64,000 nt of DNA. Source: a bacterium (GTDB lineage: Bacteria; Electryoneota; Electryoneia; Electryoneales; Electryoneaceae). Shown one piece after another: positions 28,509-38,133 of the stretch. Position 1 is the stretch's first letter. Every line of letters starts with the position of its first letter. Position numbers and translations under genes: made by a program. The stretch spans positions 3,360,001 to 3,424,000 of the forward strand of contig CAXXKJ010000002.1 in the NCBI GenBank assembly GCA_963675295.2, written 5' to 3'. The notes below the pieces were generated by a model. That model was not told where the DNA came from and made no database searches. It was given only the letters and a program-made list of their open reading frames with translations.

Positions 28509-28536
28509 CGCAACCCCCTCGTTGGTCCAGCAACGG

Positions 28537-28572
28537 AAAAGCCCCGGGCGGGAACATCCATTCCCGCCCGGG
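28537..28572 (-). terminator. Intercistronic stem-loop
   Basis: 12-bp inverted repeat cccgggcgggaa/ttcccgcccggg with a short T run on the minus strand. Confidence 0.65.
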
Positions 28573-28592
28573 TTCAGCGTGCATGCAACAGC

Positions 28593-31061
28593 TTACTTGA
28601 TGTAGGTCATCTTGCGAATCTGGGCGCCTTCGGTCGTGTTCAACCGGTAGAAATAGACGCCGGACGCAGTCATGCCCAACTCATCCGCGTTCACCGCTAC
28701 CTGGTGCAGACCAGCCGTGAGGCGGTCATCCACCAGACGCGCGATGCGGCGGCCGAGCAGGTCGTAAATCTCGAGCTGCACCTTGCCGGGCGTCGGCAGG
28801 TTGAACTCGATCACCGACTGCGCGTTGAACGGATTCGGATAGTTCTGCGCGAGCTTGACCTCGCTCGGCAGGTTTGCCGGACCCTGGCCCACGGCGAACG
28901 GCGGTTCGTCGACGCCGGTATTCACAACATCCATCGGGAAAATGTGGAAGTTGTCATACCACACTTCACCCTGAACGAGGGAGTTGAAACGTGCGCGGAT
29001 GCTGGCGCCGGTCGCATCGCTCGGAGCCATCGCCACCGCGCGGTAGACGTTCCAGCCCGGCGTAATTTCACGCTGCTGGAAGTAGACGAACTGGTCGCCA
29101 CCCGTCAGGTTCCACGAATTCTCGATGTCACCGTTGTGGAAGAAGTAGCAGATGTTGGCACGATCCGCGATGTTTTCGTACATCACCGGGGATGGCCACA
29201 GGTTGTTGTCCATCGGAGCGATATCAGCGATCTTCACCGCCGCTTCAAACAGGTAGTACATGTCCGGTTCAACCGCAGCCGGCGTGCTGTAGAACACCAT
29301 CTCGTCGCCGAGATCGTCGTTCTCGATCAGCTTCGCGACATAGTCACCACTGTACGCGCCACTTTCCATCGAGTAATCCGCTACACCAACATCACCTTCG
29401 CTGGCCCAATGCATCCATCCGTTCGGCGTTTCGAAATCACTGCCGAACGCACCCGCGGTCCACGGATCGGACCCGAGATTGACGTCATCGAAGTAGACCG
29501 TACCGGTCGCGTCTGTACCCATCATCAATTCGATGTAGCACTGCGCCGGGGCTTCGGTGAGCAGCACCTGGCTGGTCGCTTCATGCCAGTCCATGCTCGC
29601 CGCAGACTGATCCGCCGCCACGAACACCGGATCGACGATATCGTTGCCACCGGCATCCTGGAAGTGGTACATCACGCCGATCATCTCATCCTGGTTCGCC
29701 GGATCGGTGTTCACGCCATCCGTCATCATCCAGGCGCTGAGGTCGTACAGCACGGCGTCCATGTTGTTCCAGAACGTCGTCGCCTGGTTCTCAGACATCC
29801 AGGAAGCCACGCCGGTGCCGGTCTTGGAGATCATCGCGGAACGGTTGCCCATGTGCGCTTCGGCGTCCGTCCACACCAGATCGCCGTTCATTTCGCCTTC
29901 AGCGTAGAAGAATGGGCTGTTGTCTTCCAGGTCACCGTTGACAAGCAGGTCCGCGTCGCCGTGATCCAGCTGCACGCAAGAGAAGTTGTCGAAGTAGACG
30001 GTACCTTCCACCGTCGAATTGAACCGTGCACGCATCGAGAAGCCGGTCGCCTCGACAGGGGATTTCGAGATGGTCCAGTACATCGACCAGCCATCACTCA
30101 TCGCAACCCGTTGATCGAAGTACATGAACTGGTCGCCACCGGTCAGGTTCCATCCTTCCCAGATGTTGCCCGTGTGGTAGAAGAAGCACAGGTTCGCACG
30201 ATCGCCGATGTTCTCACCGACCTGGCTGGTCTGGTAATACATCTCGTTCGTGTTCATGTCTTCGGTCTTGACCATCACGCTGATCAGGTACCAGTGCCCC
30301 GCGTAGACCGGAGTCGGCTCCGAGTAGAACACCATCTCGTCGCCGTCGCTGTCGCCTTCCATAAGCTTCGCGACATACTCACCGCTGTACGCGTCGTCGC
30401 TCCACACCTGTTCCGCGAAACCGTTGTCGCCGTCCGACCAGCTCATCCAGCCGGCGGGCTCTTCCATGCTACCGGCGAAGATGCCGGCGGTCCACGGATC
30501 CGAGCTCAGGTCGACCATGTCGTACCACGCGGTACCGGTCGCATCGCCACCCATCCAGCAGTAGATGATCACTTCCGCCGGTTCCTCGGTCAGCAGCACG
30601 TCCGCGGTCACTTCGTGCCAGTCCATCGTCGCGGCAGACTGGTCCGCATACAACGCGAGCGGGCTGACGATGTCGTTGCCGTCCCCATCCTTGAATGTGA
30701 ACGTCACCGCGACACGGTGGCCGTCATCACTCGGATTGACCGGTACGTTTGCGGTCTTGAAGTGCGCGGTCAGGGTGTAGAACACGGCGTCCACGTTGTT
30801 CCAGTACAGGTTGGCGTTGTTCGCGCTCATCCAGGACGCCGACGCACCCGCGTTCGGCTTGTCGATCTTCAGGGACTTGTTGCCCATGTAGGCTTCGGTC
30901 CAGTCCCAGATCAGGTCGCCACCGGTTTCGTTCTCATACCAGAACGCCGGCGACAGATCTTCGAGGTCACCATTTTCGATGAGGTTCTGCGCGACCGCTG
31001 CCGACGCTACCATCATCATCATGATGACCAACATCCAGACAACATGCTTTCTCAAAAACAT
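28593..31061 (-). CDS. Secreted protein with duplicated CBM-like modules and C-terminal sorting domain
   Basis: AGGAGG before ATG 31061; two long repeats starting NGDLED; LAQNYPNPFN..YDLLGR..SGVYFYRL tail. Confidence 0.85.
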   Translation of the reverse strand: MFLRKHVVWMLVIMMMMVASAAVAQNLIENGDLEDLSPAFWYENETGGDLIWDWTEAYMGNKSLKIDKPNAGASASWMSANNANLYWNNVDAVFYTLTAHFKTANVPVNPSDDGHRVAVTFTFKDGDGNDIVSPLALYADQSAATMDWHEVTADVLLTEEPAEVIIYCWMGGDATGTAWYDMVDLSSDPWTAGIFAGSMEEPAGWMSWSDGDNGFAEQVWSDDAYSGEYVAKLMEGDSDGDEMVFYSEPTPVYAGHWYLISVMVKTEDMNTNEMYYQTSQVGENIGDRANLCFFYHTGNIWEGWNLTGGDQFMYFDQRVAMSDGWSMYWTISKSPVEATGFSMRARFNSTVEGTVYFDNFSCVQLDHGDADLLVNGDLEDNSPFFYAEGEMNGDLVWTDAEAHMGNRSAMISKTGTGVASWMSENQATTFWNNMDAVLYDLSAWMMTDGVNTDPANQDEMIGVMYHFQDAGGNDIVDPVFVAADQSAASMDWHEATSQVLLTEAPAQCYIELMMGTDATGTVYFDDVNLGSDPWTAGAFGSDFETPNGWMHWASEGDVGVADYSMESGAYSGDYVAKLIENDDLGDEMVFYSTPAAVEPDMYYLFEAAVKIADIAPMDNNLWPSPVMYENIADRANICYFFHNGDIENSWNLTGGDQFVYFQQREITPGWNVYRAVAMAPSDATGASIRARFNSLVQGEVWYDNFHIFPMDVVNTGVDEPPFAVGQGPANLPSEVKLAQNYPNPFNAQSVIEFNLPTPGKVQLEIYDLLGRRIARLVDDRLTAGLHQVAVNADELGMTASGVYFYRLNTTEGAQIRKMTYIK

Positions 31062-31125
31062 TGTCTCTTTCCTCCTGCTTGCCACCCTTTTCTCGGGGTC
31101 GTTTTTTTACATCCAACGGTTTGGT

Positions 31126-32514
31126 TCAGTTGGTTGAGTCCGTTTCGGATCTATCGTCAATCGTTAAACTCCACGTGTTCGCTGCGTTTGTCAGCGAGAT
31201 AACTTCGTCGCTCGGCGTGACAAATCGTGCGGCCTCACCCGTGCCTGCTTCTACGCGTCTTGCCAGCGCGGCCTGGCGAGCCTGCGGGATGCTCCGCAGT
31301 TCCTGCAACGCCAGCAGCCCTTCAATCGTCGATTCCGCGCCGGAATTACGGTTGATCTCGTGAGGGTTGTTGATGCCGTCGTATACGCGGCCGGTTGCCG
31401 GGTCGTATACCGCCGCACCCGCCGGATTCAGGCCCACCAGCCACCCGGCGGCAAGCCCGCAACCCACGGCGAACATTTCGTCACCCGTGATTTCGTACAG
31501 CGCGCGCTGGCAGGCTGCCAGCGAGTTTGCGCCATAGGCGATCTGTGAATACCAGCCGACATCGACGGTGTCACCGTCCTCGATCTTGAACTCGATCGGG
31601 CCGTTGTTCGCCAGCAGCATGCGTTGGAAGTTCGCAGCTTCGTCCCGGGCGGTTTCGATCCACTCCGGACGACTCATCGCCTGCCCGGCATAGGCCAACG
31701 CCTCCACCTGCTGCATTCCCCACTGGTGCCAGACATTACGCCAGCTCAGGTGCACGCGATACGGGAAGGCGTCACTGCCCGCGAACGTATTCTCATGGAT
31801 CCGTTCGGCGAGATGCACGATCAGCGAATCCTCGGCCGGCGATCTGGCAATTTTCCTGCGTTCGAGCAGCGCCAATGTGAACAGCGCGGCGATGTCGGAA
31901 CCAGCGTCGATTCCGATGGCGCTGCGGCGGTGGATGAACTCAATCGTGAGATTTTCGATCGTGGGTGCCACCGCGGTATCGATTTCGTGAACGAATTCCG
32001 GATCGTAGTCCGCCAGCACTCGTTGGCCGATGGCGAGGGCGTGCATCGCACGGGCCGCCCAGAAATTCAGCGACGGTTTCGAGGTGCGTCCGTCGAGGTT
32101 CAACGTGCGATCCGGCCAGATGAAGTTGGCAAAGTGGCCGGTGTCAGTCTGCATCGCGAGCACGAACTGCAGCATCCGGATCGCGCGGGCAGCGTACATC
32201 GTGTCGCCGGTCGCTTCGTATTCGCGCAGGTACACCCGTGCCGCCCGGGCGACATCATCAACGCAGGCGTTCCCCTCGTCGTCGTCGCCGGTCCAGTCGT
32301 AGCTCGGCGCGTTGGCGTAGATGTGGACGATGTCGCAGTCGCGCCCGTTGACCGTCACCGATTCCGTCAGGTGCTCGAGGTGCGCGAAATTGATCGCTAG
32401 GGGATCGGCCGGTGCCGGTTCCCGTCCACACCCACCGAACAGCGTGAGCGAACCGACCGCGGCCAGAATCATGAAAATCAGGACGATATGTCGCGTCGTT
32501 TTCATCGTCATCAC
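31126..32514 (-). CDS. Lipoprotein of unassigned glycosidase-like helical family
   Basis: Lipobox FGGC; ACVDDVARA, GHFANF, NRNSGAEST motifs. Confidence 0.65.
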   Translation of the reverse strand: MMTMKTTRHIVLIFMILAAVGSLTLFGGCGREPAPADPLAINFAHLEHLTESVTVNGRDCDIVHIYANAPSYDWTGDDDEGNACVDDVARAARVYLREYEATGDTMYAARAIRMLQFVLAMQTDTGHFANFIWPDRTLNLDGRTSKPSLNFWAARAMHALAIGQRVLADYDPEFVHEIDTAVAPTIENLTIEFIHRRSAIGIDAGSDIAALFTLALLERRKIARSPAEDSLIVHLAERIHENTFAGSDAFPYRVHLSWRNVWHQWGMQQVEALAYAGQAMSRPEWIETARDEAANFQRMLLANNGPIEFKIEDGDTVDVGWYSQIAYGANSLAACQRALYEITGDEMFAVGCGLAAGWLVGLNPAGAAVYDPATGRVYDGINNPHEINRNSGAESTIEGLLALQELRSIPQARQAALARRVEAGTGEAARFVTPSDEVISLTNAANTWSLTIDDRSETDSTN

Positions 32515-33332
32515 TCCTTCAGGCCGGATGTGGCCATGCTTTCAATGAAGTAACGTTGCAGGAAAACGAACACGATCACGACGGGTAGCGTCATCAACGC
32601 CGCCGCCGACAGTTGCACCCCGAATTGCCCTTCCGCCTGGCCCGCGACCGCGAACAATGCCACCATCTGCGGCATCGTCATCAGCATCTCGTCACGAATC
32701 ACGATCAACGGCCACAGCGCCTCGTTCCAGATCCCCATGAAGTGGACAATGCCCACCGTGATCAGGATCGGCTTGCTTAGCGGCCAGAAGATTCGGAACA
32801 GGATGCTCAGTTCGCCGAGACCGTCGATGCGGGCCGCGTCGATCAGATCTTGCGGCATCTGCAGGAAGAACTGGCGGAACAGCAGAATGGCGAACGCGCT
32901 CATCGTGTATGGCAGGATCAGTGCGGCATAGGTGTCGACCCAACCGAACTTGACCATTAGCACGTACAGCGGAATCAGCGTCAACTGGAACGGCATCACC
33001 ATCGTGAACAGGATCAGGTTGTGGATGAAACCGCGCCCGGGGAACCGCAGGCGTGCCAACGCATACCCCGCCAGCGAACAGAAAATCAGCACCGCGACCG
33101 TGGACGCAACCGACACGATCAGGCTGTTCAGCAACGCCCGCAGGATCGGAATTCGTTCGAACAGCACCCTGTAATTGTCCACGTTGTAACTGCTCGCCAG
33201 CAGGCCAACCTCGGTGATCTCGGTTTCCGGCTTGATCGTGGCGACAAACATCCACAGAAACGGGTACAGGAAGCTGAACGCCACCAGCGCCATCACGGTA
33301 AAACCGATCCATTTCATCCAGCGGTTGGTCAT
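32511..33332 (-). CDS. Carbohydrate ABC transporter permease (MalG-like)
   Basis: DLIDAARIDG motif; start moved to MTNRW at 33332. Confidence 0.92.
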   Translation of the reverse strand: MTNRWMKWIGFTVMALVAFSFLYPFLWMFVATIKPETEITEVGLLASSYNVDNYRVLFERIPILRALLNSLIVSVASTVAVLIFCSLAGYALARLRFPGRGFIHNLILFTMVMPFQLTLIPLYVLMVKFGWVDTYAALILPYTMSAFAILLFRQFFLQMPQDLIDAARIDGLGELSILFRIFWPLSKPILITVGIVHFMGIWNEALWPLIVIRDEMLMTMPQMVALFAVAGQAEGQFGVQLSAAALMTLPVVIVFVFLQRYFIESMATSGLKE

Positions 33333-33334
33333 AA

Positions 33335-34249
33335 TCAGTCCTCCCGCTCGACGATTCGGCGCTGGATCAGTACCACCCCGATCACCAGAACCGCCAATGC
33401 CAGACCGACGGTTGCGGCATATCCCATCCGGAAGAAGCCGAACGCCTGCCGGTAGATGTACAGCACTCCGGAGAGTGTCGAATTCATCGGCCCGCCGCCG
33501 GTCAGCACGTACGGTTCGATGAACAGGCTGAACCCGCCAAGCGTGCTCAGGATCAACACGATCACTACCACCGGGTTGATCGCGGGGACGGTGATGTAGC
33601 GGAATTTGTCCCACCATCCGGCGCCGTCCATTTCGGCAGCTTCATACAGGCTGCGCGGCACATTCTGCAAGCCCGCGAGGAACAGGATCACATACAGCCC
33701 GACATTCTTCCACGTCGCCATCACTGCAATCGACGGCATCGCCCAGTCCGGGTTCGACAGCCACGGCACCCGCGCGATATTGAACCATGCCAGCACCTGG
33801 TTGAACAGGCCGGCGTCCGTGCTGAATAGCTGCTTCCACAGCACCGTCACCGCGACACCACTGACCACTACCGGGAGGAAGAAACTGGCACGGAAGAACC
33901 CGCGCGCCGGGATGTTTTCGTTCAGGATCGCCGCCAGGAACAACGCCACCACCACCTGCAGCGGCACATGGATGATGATGAACAGCAGCGTGTTGGTGAT
34001 CGCCTTCCAGAACACGTCGTCGGTGAACAGTTCGGCGAAGTTGTCCAGTCCGGCCCATTCGAGCGGTCCGACAATCGACCAGTGATGAAACACCAGCACC
34101 AGCGAAAAGATCAGCGGGTACGCGGAGAAAATGAGGAAGAAGATCACGTACGGCGCGATCAGAATCCTACCTGCACGCGCTTCCTTGGCAGCCAGGCCGG
34201 GGTGTTTCGTCGCCGTCGCTCCGTGGTCGACTGAGGTGAACAGGCTCAT
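33335..34249 (-). CDS. Carbohydrate ABC transporter permease (MalF-like)
   Basis: LYEAAEMDGA; LTGGGP. Confidence 0.93.
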   Translation of the reverse strand: MSLFTSVDHGATATKHPGLAAKEARAGRILIAPYVIFFLIFSAYPLIFSLVLVFHHWSIVGPLEWAGLDNFAELFTDDVFWKAITNTLLFIIIHVPLQVVVALFLAAILNENIPARGFFRASFFLPVVVSGVAVTVLWKQLFSTDAGLFNQVLAWFNIARVPWLSNPDWAMPSIAVMATWKNVGLYVILFLAGLQNVPRSLYEAAEMDGAGWWDKFRYITVPAINPVVVIVLILSTLGGFSLFIEPYVLTGGGPMNSTLSGVLYIYRQAFGFFRMGYAATVGLALAVLVIGVVLIQRRIVERED

Positions 34250-35559
34250 CCGTCCCCCCTCAGCCGTAAGGCGGTCCCGCTTCGTTCCGCCGCCTTGGCA
34301 ACTCCCTCTTCCGGTGTACGGCGGCTGTGGATGCAGACAGCGTCAAACTGCGTCGCCAGTGCGTCAAACACTTCCTGCATCACCGGATTCTGGTCAAACC
34401 CGCGCGTGTACGGCACCTGCTCCGCGAACTGCACCATGCGCGGGTGCTTGGCGAAATACTCGGCGTACAACGTATCCGCCAGCAAACCATCTCGTAGCGG
34501 CAACTGGCTGGTGTATTCGAGCAGTTTCAGGTCGGCGGACCGGGATGTGTAGAATTTGATGAACTCCCACGCCACGTCCGGGTGCTTCGTCGTCGAGAAG
34601 ATGCCGATGCTCTTCGGATCTCCGAACGTGTACTTCGGGCCTTCGTAATCATCCGGCACGGGAATCGGCCCGAACTCATACGTGAAGTCCGGCCCCTTGA
34701 AACGTTCGGTGTAGGCGATGTTCCACGGGCCGGTAACCCGGCTGGCGAACCGTTCGCCAACCACGAACGCATCCCCGGCGAACACCGAACGGCTGAACCA
34801 TTTCTGTTCGAATCCGTGCTGAAAAAACGCAAAAACCTGCTCGGTTTCCGGCCGGTCGAAGTTGATCTGGCCATCCTTGAGCAGGGTTTCACCGCCGGTC
34901 GCGGCAATGAAGAACGGGTAAAAATCAAACAGGCGCTGCCGCCATTCGGACACCGGGTTGATAATGTTCATCCAGCGATCAATGCCGCCGTCCCCATCCA
35001 GGTCAGCGACAACCATCTCCGCCGCTGTGGCAAACTCACTCCAGGTTTCCGGCAGCTTCTCGACTCCGCACCTTCGCAGCATCGTCGTGTTGTACTGAAT
35101 CAGGATCGGGTTGCCCTTCCACGGCACCTGGTACAACAAGCCGTCGTCGTCGACGAACGTCTCGAACAGTTCCCCGGGCATGCGTGCACGGATCGACTCA
35201 CGCGCGCCGGGGATGGAATCGAGTGGCACCAGCGCACCGGCGTCGGCCAGCAACGGCGCAATCACCGGCGGAATGTTGGTGCAGATGTCTGGGGCGGTCT
35301 TGCCCGCGGCGGCGATGATCAACACTTCCTCGCCGGAGCGGCCTTCGGGCAGGGGTTGCAGCTCGATCAGAGTATCGGGGTGGGCTTCATTCCAGGCGTT
35401 AACGAGCGCACGGGCGTGGTCGATTTCCTGCGGGTTGGTGGCGGACCACATCAGCAGACGTACTCCGTCGCTCTCCTGCGTCCGGCCGCAACCCAGCATC
35501 AGCAGGCTGGCCGCTGCGAGAAGCAGCAGTGTGCACGTCGACTTCAACCATCGCCGCAT
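34246..35559 (-). CDS. Sugar ABC transporter solute-binding lipoprotein
   Basis: Lipobox MLGC; APDI, PETWSEF, AWEFIKF; adjacent to permeases. Confidence 0.9.
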   Translation of the reverse strand: MRRWLKSTCTLLLLAAASLLMLGCGRTQESDGVRLLMWSATNPQEIDHARALVNAWNEAHPDTLIELQPLPEGRSGEEVLIIAAAGKTAPDICTNIPPVIAPLLADAGALVPLDSIPGARESIRARMPGELFETFVDDDGLLYQVPWKGNPILIQYNTTMLRRCGVEKLPETWSEFATAAEMVVADLDGDGGIDRWMNIINPVSEWRQRLFDFYPFFIAATGGETLLKDGQINFDRPETEQVFAFFQHGFEQKWFSRSVFAGDAFVVGERFASRVTGPWNIAYTERFKGPDFTYEFGPIPVPDDYEGPKYTFGDPKSIGIFSTTKHPDVAWEFIKFYTSRSADLKLLEYTSQLPLRDGLLADTLYAEYFAKHPRMVQFAEQVPYTRGFDQNPVMQEVFDALATQFDAVCIHSRRTPEEGVAKAAERSGTALRLRGDG

Positions 35560-35715
35560 CGTTTGTCTCCTTCAACCGGTTCTCAACTGCGAGTTCCGGT
35601 TCCCCTTGATCCCGCATTCAGCCGCGGGCCGGCATCAACTCATCCTCTGCAAGCTTCGATCTATCGCCCTCACGTCTTTCCTGTCTGCGTCACTCTGTGG
35701 AACAGCTTTTGTCAA

Positions 35716-35784
35716 GGGACACTTACTCCGTTATGTGTCCCCACATCAATCATTTCGGGACACTTTGTCCCCAAAGTGTCCCGA
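35716..35784. repeat. Two tandem GGGACAC...GTGTCCC hairpins (REP-like)
   Basis: gggacac..gtgtccc (35716-35741) and 13-bp IR tcgggacactttg/caaagtgtcccga (35755-35784). Confidence 0.6.
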
Positions 35785-35797
35785 CCTCAATAATCTT

Positions 35798-36841
35798 CTA
35801 CTTCTTCACCGCCGCGTCGGTCTTCAGGTAATCCAGCAGTTGATCCATCATGACGCTGATCACGCCGATCACCCGGTCCGCGCCGCCGTAGAACATGTCC
35901 AGCCGGCCATCATGCACGACGGTCCCTTCCGGGAAGACGACGTTGTCCACATCGCCCTTCAGCTCCCAGTCTTCCGTCGGCTCGAACAACGGCACCGGCG
36001 TATGGCCGATCACCTTGGACGGATCATCCAGATCCAGTAACGCCGCCCCGGCGCGGTAGGAGCGCACGCCCCAGTCGTCGTTGCCGTGGTTGACGCCATG
36101 AATGATCAACAGCCAGCCCTCCGGCGTTTCAATCGGTGCCGGACCGAGACCCATGTGGCTCGATTGCCAGCCGAAATCGCGTTCCAGCAACACGTACTGG
36201 TCCATGTTGCGGATGTAATCTTCCCAGAACGCCTGGTCGCCGAGTTGTTCCATGCTGTCGACGTAGACGAGCTGCATGTCCGGACGGAGACGGTGGATCG
36301 CCGCGATCTTGCCGTTAATGCGTTTCGGGAAAATGCAGAAGTCCTTCTCCCACATCAGTTGCTTCGGATCGTCCTCACCCCAGCGGTCGGCGTAACGCTT
36401 CAACGCCGGCTTATCCTTGACCAGCTTGATCGCGTCTTCGTTGCGGAACAACGGACCGATCCGGAATGCGTCCTCCCAGTCCGTCGGACTGCTGCCATAG
36501 GCGAGCGCCGTGGTCGCGTTGAAACCATCGTATGCGGTGTGGAACATCCAGTATTTGCCTTCGAACTTGATCACACGTGGGTCTTCGACACCGTATTTGT
36601 CCCACTCGTGGCGCGGTTGATAAACCGGTTCCGGCGCACGGTGCACGATTACCGGCTGGTCGTTTTCATAGCGAACGATCGCGTGGCCAACCGTGGACAA
36701 CCAGTCCGGATTGACAGCGCGGTAGTGCATGTGGTGGCCATCCGGCTCGTCAATCATGCTCGGGTTGAGCACGGCACGCCGTTCCCACAAGCCTTCCCCG
36801 GGTTCCATGAACAGTCGGCGATTGAATAGTTCAGGTTTCAT
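35798..36841 (-). CDS. GH130-family glycosidase/phosphorylase
   Basis: VLNP, YRA, GVEDPRV, PIETPEGWLLIIHG, GDVDNVVFP, YGGAD. Confidence 0.88.
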   Translation of the reverse strand: MKPELFNRRLFMEPGEGLWERRAVLNPSMIDEPDGHHMHYRAVNPDWLSTVGHAIVRYENDQPVIVHRAPEPVYQPRHEWDKYGVEDPRVIKFEGKYWMFHTAYDGFNATTALAYGSSPTDWEDAFRIGPLFRNEDAIKLVKDKPALKRYADRWGEDDPKQLMWEKDFCIFPKRINGKIAAIHRLRPDMQLVYVDSMEQLGDQAFWEDYIRNMDQYVLLERDFGWQSSHMGLGPAPIETPEGWLLIIHGVNHGNDDWGVRSYRAGAALLDLDDPSKVIGHTPVPLFEPTEDWELKGDVDNVVFPEGTVVHDGRLDMFYGGADRVIGVISVMMDQLLDYLKTDAAVKK

Positions 36842-37877
36842 CGCTCGTGTTCCTTATCAAATGGTTTACGAATGAGCTTTTTCGCGCGATAAATTCGACG
36901 CCGACACGCGAGGTCACCGGTTTGCGATCCGGATGATCGATCATGTCGGTGATCGTCTGCACCGCAGCCACGCCAAGTTCCTCCTTGAACACGCGCACGG
37001 TGCTCAGCGACGGATTGACCAAGCCGGCGACCTCGACATCGTCGAAGCCAACTACCGCCAGATCGTCAGGCACATGCACCGCTAACCGATCCGCCGCACG
37101 CATCACACCGAGCGCGATGGCGTCGTTGAAGCAGACCAGCGCCTGTGGCCGTGCTCCCCGGTTCCACATGCGTTCGAATGCCGCGATACCGTTTTCGGTA
37201 CGCGTGTCATTTTCCTCGTGATCGATCCAGTCGGCGTGGAGCGGCAATCCCGCCTCGTTGATAGCTTCCGTGAAGCCGGAAAACCGTTCCCGTTCGCTGG
37301 GGTGGCCGTCCGACGCACCGATGTAGCCGATGTTTTCAATGCCTTGTTCGATCAGATGTTGTGTCGCACGCTTGGTGCCGAGCCGGTTTTCGATCAGCAC
37401 CCGCGACACGTTCATCTCGTCATCACCGAAATCGACCAGCACCATCGGCAGCTTGTAGTTTGTCACGTCGAGGATGACTTTGCGTGGCACGCTGCCGGCG
37501 ATGATGATCCCGTCCACATTGTGTTCCAGCAGAAAGCGCGGCAGGTCATTGCGTGCCGAATAACGTTCCGGCACGGTCGACAGCAGCACGTAAAGGTCGT
37601 ATTCCCGTGCCTTCAGCTCCGCGCCGAGGAACACGCGTGTGTAGAACGGTTCCGCCTGGTTGAAGTGGGCGTCATGAACGATGAAACCGATGTTTCCGGA
37701 CACTTGCTGGGTAAGGTTGCGCGCGCTTCGCCGCGGGGTGTACTCGAGATCACGGATGGCTTTCTGCACCCTGGCAAAGGTGTCAGGATGGATGTAGCCC
37801 TTGCTGTTAAGGACAGCGGACACGGTGGACGGGGCCACATTCGCACGCTTGGCGACGTCTCGGATGGTCGGCGCCAT
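36831..37877 (-). CDS. LacI-family transcriptional regulator
   Basis: TIRDVAKRANVAPSTVSAVLN; CFNDAIALG; VVGFDD. Confidence 0.95.
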   Translation of the reverse strand: MAPTIRDVAKRANVAPSTVSAVLNSKGYIHPDTFARVQKAIRDLEYTPRRSARNLTQQVSGNIGFIVHDAHFNQAEPFYTRVFLGAELKAREYDLYVLLSTVPERYSARNDLPRFLLEHNVDGIIIAGSVPRKVILDVTNYKLPMVLVDFGDDEMNVSRVLIENRLGTKRATQHLIEQGIENIGYIGASDGHPSERERFSGFTEAINEAGLPLHADWIDHEENDTRTENGIAAFERMWNRGARPQALVCFNDAIALGVMRAADRLAVHVPDDLAVVGFDDVEVAGLVNPSLSTVRVFKEELGVAAVQTITDMIDHPDRKPVTSRVGVEFIARKSSFVNHLIRNTSDET

Positions 37878-38016
37878 GGACTGCCCTTCGGTTTACCCTC
37901 TGGATCTCAATCGTTCGCGCCCGCCGGTCCGTGGGGGGAACTACTCTTGTGTCAACGGTGGCTGGTATTCCCCGGGTGAGCTGTGTGTCCAGCGCGGCTA
38001 ACACGATCGAAACGAG

Positions 38017-38034
38017 TATCGAACCGGTTCGATA
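38017..38034. promoter_or_regulatory. Candidate LacI-type operator
   Basis: Perfect palindrome TATCGAACCGGTTCGATA with central CG upstream of lacI. Confidence 0.65.
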
Positions 38035-38133
38035 TAAGATCGACAGAGAAAACGCCACACGCAAGAGCGACTTCGTTCAGAATAACTATTTCGGATTCAC
38101 TTGAGAGACAGCGATATGTGGCGAAATTCTCAG

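Noticed and set aside
28704-31202. 832-aa plus-strand ORF
   Set aside because: Antisense shadow of a codon-biased real gene; no motifs.
32511-33617. 368-aa long form of the permease
   Set aside because: Overlaps the upstream permease out of frame; the start at 33332 fits better.
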